From contig NC_087246.1 in the NCBI RefSeq assembly GCF_037042905.1, forward strand, positions 67,890,001 through 67,954,000: a DNA stretch of 64,000 nt. The letters run 5' to 3'. A program made the position numbers and the translations under genes. The notes beneath the pieces were generated by a model that was not told where the DNA came from, did not search any database, and worked only from the letters and a program-made list of their open reading frames with translations. The stretch is from Lytechinus pictus. Taxonomy: Eukaryota. How positions within the stretch are numbered: the stretch's first letter is position 1; every line of letters begins with the position of its first letter. Below are positions 34,601 through 46,600 of the stretch, one piece after another.

Positions 34601-37600
34601 ACTTTGTGTGTGTGTCTTTGTGAGTAGATGTAAGAAAATAGCGCAATTACCAGCTTGCAGATATGAATGGAGGGAAGTTGTTAACTTTGTTTTTTCTCTC
34701 TCTCTATTGTATTTTTGCTTGTGAAATATGGGAAAACTTTGAAAAATTTCATTGCATAGTGAGAATTTTGCTTGCCCGTTTAAGGCAAGATCACGGGAGC
34801 GATTTTTTTTTCCTGATCGCTCTCTCTATTGGGTTTGCAAGAGCGATGTGAAAGCTTACAAGAGCGAAATCGCTCAGCGCTCCCGTGTATTTTTTTCGCT
34901 GCTGCTTAGATAGAAGTTCTGCTCCATACATGTGAATTTACCTCAACACTGAGTTCAAAACTTTTAAATTTATTTATTGAATTTCCGGATAAAACAAAGA
35001 ACATAATACATAATACATCAAAGTTTAATTATGTAGCCATCTGTTGCAGACGGGTAAGGGGGAGAGGGCAATTGCATCCAGATACCTCATGGAGGCAGAA
35101 GTATTGTTTAGGCCTAAACTGCACAAGTTGTCTTGATTTTGAATAGGTGCTGTAAATAGGCCAGTATAAATTGCTATAAATCACTAGGCCTATTGATAAA
35201 TCATTACTTGAGCTTTCACACAAGTTTGCCAACATATATTACTTGATCTGTCGATTGTTATCATATTGTGTATTTTCTATACCTGTTTTTTAATCATCGG
35301 CTAGTATCAAAATTCTATTAGACAATGACATGCATTTAGATCACATCGAAGTATTTTAATTTATCTACCCAAATTTGGGTAAAACCATCATGAATTGTAG
35401 ACTAAATAATGCGTAATATGTGCATTATCTGTGTTCAGCATGTATAACTGTGTGTTATATTCATATGTAAACTATATGCAAGCCAGACTTAAACCAGGAA
35501 AGGGGCTGACTTAGGTTTAGGCAAAATACTTAGCCAAAAAGGGTGATTGTATAGAAAATATTGGTATTTTACTCAAGCAGAATACTGAGTAAATTGTGGC
35601 TTAAGTATTGAACTGAATACCATCCCAAAACACTATTTCAAGAGCTTACCTGAAGTTTCTTAGTGTATCTACCATACATGTAAGCCACACATTCATTGAT
35701 TACACCTGTCTGCTGGAGTAGGAGCATCCCCTATTGATATAAACAAAATAAAATATAATATGCAACATTTTAACTGTGCTTACAGGCAGAGTATCGTCTG
35801 TTTTCAGGGGAAATTTGAGAAAAATTTGGATACAAATCACCAATAATAATAATAATAGGCATTTATATAGCGCCATCTAAATAGAAATATTCTATTCCGA
35901 GGCGCGTTGTTATTATTATTATTACCCTGGCTTTAGCTCATGCTACCTTTCAGCACTCATGCATTCAAGGAATTAATCCTGCCAGATACCCATTCACCTC
36001 ACCTGGGTTGAGTGCAGCACAATGTGGATAAATTGTGGATGTGGATAAGAGTAGAACAGTACTCATGACCAGGAGGGATTTTGTAATACCACTAGAAATT
36101 GCCTGATTGAAGTTAAGTCATGACCTCACTTTTCTTGGCCCCATGGTTGCCTGTTAAATAATTTAACCTGGCACATGGAATTTGCTCTCCCCAAAAGATG
36201 ACTCTGTTACAGGTATTTCCAGTGCTTCATTTCATGAAGTCTAGGGTCATTTCATAAAGTGGAGGAGCTGTGGTGTAGTGGTTCTGACTCTTGCCTTGTA
36301 AACAGAGGGTCGTGTGTTCGAATCCCACCATGGTCTGGCGTCCTTTGGCAAGGCGTTAATCCACACTTTGTCACTCTCGACCTAGGTGCTACATGGGTAC
36401 CAGGTAGGATGTGAAAGTCAATGTAGCTTGTCCAGTACTGTGAGCGTGTCACCGGCGACTGACTGAAATACTCCCCAGGGAGTGGAGGATGTGCACACAT
36501 TTGTGTGCAGGAATGGCTGATTGAATCCAATGACCAGGGTAATAATATATCTGTAAAGCGCTTAGACACGCCATTCCGATGTCTTAAGCACTATATAAAA
36601 GTGAATTACTATCATTATTATTACCATAAATCCATTTCCCGAGAAAGCCGATGCCCATATGGCTATAATACAATGTCAATAAGCGCTGCATACCATAAAC
36701 CAGGCATTAGCACACCTACCATGGTCAGGCACTCCAGCATTCAAGGAATACCTTTCTATTGGGTATTCATTTACTATATACACCTGGGCGATGAGTGGCT
36801 AATGTAGATAAATGCCTTGAACTCATCATGGCACATGGAGTGAATGAAGTCTTTGAAATTCAGGTAAATGTCTAAATCCAACCTCACAAGACCACAGAAC
36901 CTGTTCCAATTTCATTCTAAAGAGGTAATAACTTAAGGTCTTTGTTCAGTAATCTAAAAACCATAGCAGAAAGAGTTGATAACCAAACATATTTCCATAA
37001 ACTAAATGCAACTTGATCTTTATCCCATCAGATCCGCACATTTCAGAATTTTGACTTTTTACAGTTTTGCTGAACTTTTTTTTTTATTTTTGTATCGGGC
37101 CCTTGTCTGAAAAAAAATATTGATTTAGAAGATTATGGTATATAATTGATAAGAAACTTGTTCATTCCACTGAAATTGGACCAAACTGTATTGGAATTTC
37201 AACAATGAAACAAGAAACTTGACAAAATATTTGCTCAGCCTTGGTCTGATTCAATGGTGGCTTGGCATAATAAGAACTTTGGTCGTAACCTAACAAAAAA
37301 TGTTTGATTACGGTAATAGGGGGGGGGATGGGTCGGTCGGTCATATTTTTTCTTTCTTTTCTTTCCTCATGCCATGGATAAACTATTTGTTTGCAGTGTT
37401 TATGTTCAATGATATATGGACAATACCATGCCATTCACCAGTAAAAAGAAAAGATGGAGGCCAAACAATGAAAATTAAGGTGAGTCAAAACATTTTTTAA
37501 ATAAAAATGATATAAGTCAACAGGTTTTGCTAGGGTAGAATCTGTTACAGTAAACATTTTTTTTTGCTTTACCTTTGGAGTCCCAGCAAAGTTGAGAAGG

Positions 37601-40600
37601 TTGTCAAGGAGATTTTGTTCCCACATGAAGGCATCTCTGGCAGCCACATTCTCAGGGGTGACTTCGGATTGCTCCATAACAGGTGTGTCACCCATTTCAA
37701 CCTCTCGGCTTACCTAGCAAAGTAAGTATCAAAGACCAGACAGCAAATAATTTTAGCTTGATTAGCATATTTGGTCATAAAAGAAAGGCTCTCAACTAGG
37801 TTCCGTACAGTGCTTTGTAAGAATCTGCAGCACAAAGGACTACACAAAGGACTTATGTAGCAGTCTTCAACAAATGTGGAGCAAATTTTGATGTGACACC
37901 AGGAAATTTATTCCCTACAGGAGACAATCTAATTATTCTGTATAGAGCTCAGTGAGTATGGAGGAATACATCGGTCAATAATGAAACTTGTTCAGTTACC
38001 CCTTTTGTACATGTATATTCACCCACATAATCTTTGTTTTGTTCTATACTCATTTCATCCTATGCAATAGATAATATTTCTGTTATTGTTTAGTTTTTAG
38101 TATGTACATATTTTATGTTAAAGTCATTTATGTCGCACAAAACAGACCCTTATCTTTCAAGCCCTGCTTTTCTAATGGTCTTTCTTTCAAAATTCTTTTA
38201 CTGTCATGAAGCTTAAGATCATAATGATCAATGCCTGGATGCAATAACATTTGAAACACACATGTATGAGCAGAAAAGAAGGACAATTAAATATCTTATC
38301 CAAGGCTGGGGGTGGAGTACCAAACCATTGGAGGTTCTACAAAGCCACTGACTATCCGTGACACCCCCTCTGATAACAACTTTACAGGTGAGGTCTATCT
38401 GTGGAGCTTTACATAAAACAAATAGTCACTGACAACTGTTAACAGCTACCAAAATCCATACATCTGATTGGCTCAGAGCAAATTTATCCAAGAAAATCAG
38501 TGGCCCAATGCTCCATGAAACACTCTCCTGTTGTCTTTGATGCACGTACCTCTCTCCAAGCATTTGCAACCGAATGGTGAAGGCCATATGGATGGAGTAT
38601 CAGCAAACCTTCAGAGGTACTGTAGAGCTGACGGCACACGTACAAGAAGACCCCTATGACTGGCCTAGAAGGCTGGGTCTGGAACTCTGTGGCTATGGGC
38701 TGGTCCATGGCCCTGTTGCAGAACTCAGAGATGATATGCACAGCAGCAGTCCTGCATGGTGGAAAAGGGGGGGAAGACAGATAACACTTGTGACAGATGA
38801 AAGCATACATTTCAAAAAGCTTGTATGTGCTTAGTTCTCATGTGGATTGTCACTAATAAAGTCATTAGCATGGATGCCAAGGGTCGACAACCAGAAGGAT
38901 TTAAAGCAGTATTGAACCAGCAATCTTAATAACACCATCTCAAGTCCTCAACTACTCAAATCTGGCTACGTTCATAATCCACAATGCAGTATTCTGAGCA
39001 GTGAAGTCTCGTAAAAACAAGCCCAATCGAATGATAACACTCTAATTCACTACCCTACACATTCCTACAACAGAAATTACATTACCAAGTTGCAAACAAG
39101 AAATTTTGTTTAAACTTTTTTTGTTTCTCGATACATATAAAATTATACATACAATTCATTGTGTGTATTGTTAATATAGTAGTTATAATATACAATAAAT
39201 GAAAGAAGACATAAAGTGTTAGTCAGTTCGACCTCCCTTTAACAAAAGACAGTGATTTTAAGAAAATAATGCTTTATAGTTTTCTACCAAGCAAAAATCT
39301 ATTGAGATGGAAGTTTTTCTGCTTAACATGCAAGAGGAAGCTGAATTGTTGTTCAGGCTACATGGTTTCCAGTGTTGCTGATTACTTGGTAGTGATTTTA
39401 CTAAATCCCTAAATCGCTAAAAAGTGTGTTAGGTCCTTCTGTTATCCGCGTCTTGGTACAATGGAAAAGGTACTCACGGAGTATGTTGGAACGTTGAGCC
39501 ATTTTCTCCATAGAGTAGAAGTTTAGTGCCAGTCTCCCAGCTTGCCATGGCCGATAGTACCTCCGCTACACACAGCATTGTCAGATCACTGGACGGCTAT
39601 GTAAAGCATAAAAACAATCAATCAGACAAGTAATATTCATAAATCTTGGCTCTGGTAAATTCCCCATTATTGGAAATATCATGGCTAGCCAGGGTAACAG
39701 TATCCAGGTCCCATTGAAAGTGCCTAGGGATGTTAAATGGTACAAGATAATGCTATACAACCGAATATTATTATCAATGAGGACAATGACCTTTGACCTT
39801 ACCTAATCCTTCTGCAGCCATTGGCAAACTTGAGGATATGACCTCTAACCCTACCTGATCCTAGTGCAGCCAGTCATTGACAGGCTTGAGGATATGACCT
39901 TTGACCTTACCTGATTCTTGAGCAGCCAGTCATTGACAGGCCTGAGGATATGCATGACCTTTGACCTTACTTGATCCTTGTGCAGCCAGACATCGGCAGG
40001 CTTATGGATATAACCTTTGAACCTTACCTAATGCTTGTACAGCCAGTCATTGACAGGCCTGAGGATATGACCTTTGACCTTACCTGATCCTTGTGCAGCC
40101 AGTCATTGACAGGCTTGAGGATGACCTTTGACCTTACCTGATCCTTTTGCAGCCAGCCATTGACAGGCCTGAAGATATGACATTTGACCTTACCTGATCC
40201 TTGTGCAGCCAGTCATTGAAAGGCTTGAGGATATGACCTTGAACCTTACCTAATGCTTGTGCAGCAACTCATTGACAGGCCTGAAGATATGACCTTAGAA
40301 CTTAACTGATCCTTTTGCAGCCAGTCATCGACAAGCTTGAGGATATGACATTTGACCTTACCAGACCCTTGTGCACCCAGTCATTGAAAGGCTTGGAGAT
40401 ATGACCTTTGAACTAAGCTTATCCTTGTGCAGCAAGTCATTGACAGGCCTGAGGATATGACCTTTGACCTTGCCTGATCCTTGTGGAGCCAGTCATTGAC
40501 AGGCCTGATGATATGACCTTTGACCTTACCTGATCCTTGTGGAGCCAGTCATTGACGGGTTGGAGAATGTCTGAGACCACCTCATCCTTGCAGAGGCATT

Positions 40601-43600
40601 CCACACATGCTGCCCTGTCTGTGCTAATGATCTTCAACATCTCGGTAACAAGCATCGCTGGGCTAGGAGCACCTGCAAACACATCATGGGCAGACATTCA
40701 AGTAATCATGACTTGCGATGCATTTATTCATTCTTTATGTACTTGAATACTTGAGTTTCTTACATTTGAGGGATTGACCATACACATCATTGGTGTAGGA
40801 AGATATTTAATGTACAGATGTTGTGCCATTTTCTCCATAGAGTAAAAGTTTAGTGCCAGTCTCCCAGCTTGCATGGCCGATAGTACCTCGGCTTCACACA
40901 GCATTGTCTTATTGGAGATACCTTACTCTATTTATTGTAACTGGCATGCCAGGATACCCTTAAATACTTCTGACCTTACAGTAAGCACTTGACTAACAAA
41001 GTACAAGCCCCATTCATAAAAAAAAATAATCTGTGAGTCGTTTCGAGACATTACACAATGATAAGTCAATTAATTTGAATTCATTTATTTCATTTGGATT
41101 TTAATCCTTGCTCATTGGGGAGATCATCCCCAGAATGGAAATTATGCTTAACTTACCAGTATCAGTAGGCATGTTGACCTGGAATGACCTCTTGGTTATC
41201 AATGGCAATAGACTCCTAACAAGCCCTGTTAGAGTCACTGATTTTTTTTTTTTAGAAGGGAAGGAGGTGAAAAAAGTAATAACATTTTAAGACACTTTTA
41301 CAATTTTTTATGGATATTTCACACTTAAATTCACGAATGAACAGCAATCAAAGTCAAAGCCCCTTGCAGAAAACAACACAGATTAACATATGTATAATAT
41401 GTATGCTTGGGAAAATAATGTAACCTGGCAGGAACACCATATTTAATTTGCTCAATTCTCAGCAACTACAAATTTTCTACCAGAATCACTTGTCCCTTAA
41501 GAAGCTTCAAGCCTTATCAGTCTGGTATTAGAGTAAGAGTAGATTCAGTACAAAAACATTTGGGCAGGGACCATGGCAATATTGGCACCTTTCTGGGGAA
41601 CATTCCATGAAAGGACTTGTCGGATGATGTATATGACAGTTACCACTATAGTGCATCTTGGGAAATCAAAATCAAGGAAAGATGTCGTGTCAGAGTTGTC
41701 TGACAAAAATTGCTGATGAAATGCTTCCCAGGTATTCAAAAGAAACCTTTGAGAACAATAGACTTACCTTCTTTGCTACATGCCCTGATGGGGAAGAGTT
41801 TCCTGCCATTAGCATAGACTAGAAGTCTACCAAGGATAGACAGAGATTGAATGAAGACCAGGAACTCAAGCTCCTTCTCAGTGTATGAAGTTCTACGAGA
41901 AGAATCTGCAGAGAGAGAAAAAGAAAGATCATGTGATTAGGTAACTTTTTGAATAATAAGCGACATGACCAGAGCTGAAAAACTTGTGCACCCCCCCAAA
42001 AAAAGGAATCATAATGCACCCCTCTCCCCAGACAAAAAATAAGTAATTTGGCAACGTGAACCATAAAATTAGACCTGCCTCTGGGAATGAGAAACTGTAT
42101 TCAGTGATCCTCAAATTTGTACTTTGAAAAAATACTTCCAAATTACTCTATTTCAGATACCTGAACCTACAGTGTACATTCATCCAATTGCCTATACATG
42201 TGCTATTGTAAAATTTATGAAGTAGAGACATAAAGAGACAATTTTTTTCAATGAATTTTTTTCAACGACAAAAAAGGTAATGCTGTTATTGGTCAGCAGC
42301 TCTGCATGATGTAAAAGATAAAGCCATTAAAACTATAGATTAGTGAATGATGTTTTTCAATCATTAGGAAAAAATTTCTTCCATAATCTAATCTGGCCAT
42401 CAGCATTTACCATAATTATTTAAAATTAAATCTCATCATTAAAATATGGGGCCACTTTAAGAGTAATATAAAAAGTAACAACTATGGTAACTGCCATTAT
42501 TACCATGATAACATTTCTCAGCATGCACTGACAGTCAAGGTTTCCTTGAAAGTTACAATAATAGCAAATTTACAATAATTGTTAGTCTTCATGAAACAGA
42601 CCCCTTTAATTCAATTGTAATGTTTAACTTCCTCACCGAGTGTGCTCATGTTGAAGCGATCAGAGAGATCATTCACGGAGTCCAGCCAAGCAGCCCGGGA
42701 ATCGACAAAGTCTAAACATTGGGTTACCGCATTCACAAGCTGAGGACAATAAAATGCAAGATAAAAAATAATCAAAGTCAGCATTTAATTTAATACATAA
42801 TAATTTACTAGCACATTTCTCACTTTTTAAAAAAATTCATCAATTTTATGACATATAATTTGAAATATCTAGATTGTCATTGATATAATAATAATGATGC
42901 TATCTCTGAAAAATTTGAAAATTCATGTTCCTGGCTGATACATATTAAATTAATGGAGCAAAATGGAAAGATTTGACATTTTTAAAAGCCTGTCTGAAGC
43001 TTTGTTGAAGGTTAAACAACTTTCATATGACCTACATGTAGATATTAGAGATAAATCATTTCAAGATCCCATAAAAAGGGGTTGCAGTCACAAATCCAAA
43101 TGCATTGCATGCAATAAACCTTCAGGGGCTAAATTCCTTTTTTCTTTGCACAATATTCAAAACTATTTTGTCTAAACCAGCTGGATCCCACCAGGGGTTG
43201 GATATTCATACTTTTTGGAATTGTCCATAAAAAATAATCCATAAATAATAGTAATATTTACAAGAAGTGATATTTGCAAAATAAATTTAATTGAATCGAA
43301 GCCAATTGAATTAACAGAAATATCATAACTTTTATCTCCTTTTCAAGTTAAAAGGGATTAATCAACTTCAAAATAAAATAATTCTCTTGGACAGGAATCA
43401 CCTGAGATTTTGAAGCTAAATGGTTGCTTAATTGCATCGGTAATGACTACAGTCATAAGCATCCATATGGATGCTATGGAAGGGAAAATAATAACTTTTA
43501 ATAAAGTGCAAAGCATATAATAATATTTATGAAATGAAATTTTCAGGGTTTCCTCTTAAAAAAGATGATTGCATTCACTGATTGTATGTAGGGCACCACA

Positions 43601-46600
43601 GCACAGATTTTTGCAAACCTCCACAAAATTACTCAAACCATAATATAGAAAATATTCAAGTTTCATTTATTTCTCCTCAAGAGATCAAGATAAAAATACA
43701 TAAAAAATAGACAATGTAAACACAATATGCATCAAATTTAAAGAAAGTGAGGAAGGTAATGACCAAAAAGGAAGAAACCTTGTGTGAGGCCAACCCATAA
43801 CAAAAATTGTACTTAAAGTTAAAGAAATATTAAAAACATCATATAATCACAAATTCAATGAGAAAAAAAAAAAAACATAACAAACAAACACCTAACTAAA
43901 CCTTAACCGAATGAGAATGGGGGGGGGGGGGAGAACCAAAAATAAATCTAAGACTTAGACAATAAAAATGTTTTGTATTTCCTTTTAAAAACAGATACCG
44001 AAGGGCTTGATTGAATGTCAGAAGGGATTGAGTTCCAAATAACTGGTCCTTGATAAAATATACTGTTTTTGAAGATGGAAGTACTGCACTGTGGAATATG
44101 GATATTTTGGGCATTTCTTGTTGAATAAGTATGTACAGATGTGTTTAATAAAAAATAATTCCTAAGTGAATTAGGCAAGAGATCCTTTTTATAGAAAAAC
44201 ATGAAAAGTGCAATATTCATTCTATTCAAATCCATTATATTCAAAATTTTCAAAGATGTAAACAATGGTCCAGAATGGGAGAGATAAGAAGAGTGAGTTA
44301 TAATTCTCATGGCCTTTTTCTGCAAAAGAAATATTCTGTTAATATGTGTTTGGAAGGCATTACCCCAGGCTATATTGCAATAATTCAAATATGGTAAAAT
44401 CAAGGTATTATACAATAAAAGAAGAATATTCTTCGGCAATGTGTGGAGTTTATACATAACACCAACGATTTTGGCAACTTTATTGCAGATGACACCAGCA
44501 TGTTCATTCCAAGTTAACTTATTATCGACATTAACACCTAGAAAGGTAGTAAATGTTACTTCATTAACTGGCTTATCATTTAAACAAACCTCAAATTTGA
44601 ATTGTGATCTATTTTTATTTGTAAAAACCAAAAAATTTGATTTCTTAACATTTAAGGTTAATTTATTAACAGTAAGCCAGTTAGATACATATTTCAGTTC
44701 CTTATTGAAAATATTTTGTAAAGTTTGTACATTTTTATGGGACATGAACAAGCTGGTGTCATCTGCATATAATATAGAGTCCACAATTTTGGAGACATTA
44801 CTTAAATCGTTAATGTAAATTATAAACAGAAGTGGGCCGAGGATCGACCCTTGAGGCACTCCACATCTTATACCTTGCATCGAGGAAGAAAAATTATCAA
44901 TCGAAACAAACTGTTTACGATTTTGAAAATAATTGTCAAATAAACTGAGTGCAACCCCCCTAATTCCATAATAACTTAATTTACGTAATAATAAATCATG
45001 ATCAAGTGAGTCAAAAGCTTTGCTTAAATCAATAAAAAGACCAATCATTGTTTCCTGTTTATCTAATGCACTTGTGACTTTATATACAAATTCTGCTAAG
45101 GCCGAAGATGTGGAGTGCCCCTTTCTAAAACCAAACTGATTATTGTTAAGAATATTGCACTGAGAAATGAAACTATGTAAACGAGAATAAATACATCTTT
45201 CTAATATTTTTGAAAAAATTGATAAAACGGAAATTGGACGATAATTTGAAATAATGTCAGGAGAACCAGATTTAAAAACAGGGACCACTCTAGCAATCTT
45301 AAGCTGGTCTGGGAAAATCCCAGTAACAAAAGAAGAATTGAATATATCACATAATAATTTAGCAATTACATGTATTGACTTCTTTACAACCTTGACATCA
45401 ATACCATCAAAACCAGCACTGACATTATTTTTAAAACCAGTTACAATATCCAATATTTCTTTAGGACTTATTGGGGACAAAAATAAAGATTTTTCGTTTT
45501 TAGTAATATACTTTAATAAATCAGATTGAGTATTAATATTAGATGTAAATTCAGAATGTAACTTCGGACCAATGTTAACAAAGTATTTGTTTATTGTATT
45601 ACATATCACTTTATTATCTGTTAAGACCTGATCCTGGTATGTAATTTTATCAAGACCAGTTTTCTTTTGAGAACGACCAAGTGTTTTGTTAATCACTTTC
45701 CATGTTTGTTTCATATCACCAGAGGCATTTTGGAACTGTAATCGAAAATATTCTTTTTTTGTTTTTTTAATTAAATTTGTGAGTTTATTTCTTGATTTCT
45801 TATAAACACATTTCCTATATTCAGATGGATTCTTAATAAATTTCTTATACATCTTACATTTTCTTTTAGTTAACTTTTGTATTTCTTTTGTCATCCATGG
45901 CTTATAGCTCCTATTCTTATTGGTTATGGAAAAAGAGGAATATGGAAAGCATACATTGTATGTATGTAAAAATTTGTCTAAAAACTTATCATAAGACTTA
46001 TTAGGATCTTCATGATCAACATTCCAAACAACTTTATTTAATTCAAGAATGAATTTAGCAATGTTTTGATCTGTGATGTTACGCCGCTTCCCAGATATAT
46101 TATAATTTTTATTACAGTTAAGAATGGTGTTACTTAAACAAAAAACAGGAAAGTGATCACTTATGTCTGAAAACAATGCACCTGACAAAAAAACACTTTC
46201 GTCATTGGTGAAGATGTTATCCAACAGAGTCGCAGAGTGATCAGTGACTCTGGTTGGATAACGAATTAAAGTGTTCAGGGAATAAGATATCAAAGTGTCT
46301 AAAAAAATATTAACCTCATAATTCCTATTCACTTTTAACAAGTCGATATTATAATCCCCTAGTAAATACAGTTTTTTACAAGATATATTTATTTTATCCA
46401 GTATTGCACATAATGAATTAACAAATAAACCAATGGGCTGACCAGGTGGTCTGTAAATAGATGCGACATATATAGAATTATTACAAAGTTTCAATTCCAA
46501 GAATATACCTTCTACGTGGCATTCATTGATATCAAACTCTGTTACATGGGAGTATTCAACATCATTACGAATGTAAAAACCAACTCCTCCACCTCTTTTA

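Noticed and set aside
39780-40560. CRISPR-like array
   Set aside because: Head-to-tail repeats with no unique spacers, no cas genes, and a eukaryotic intron context. The same applies to 61543-61830 and 15590-15770.
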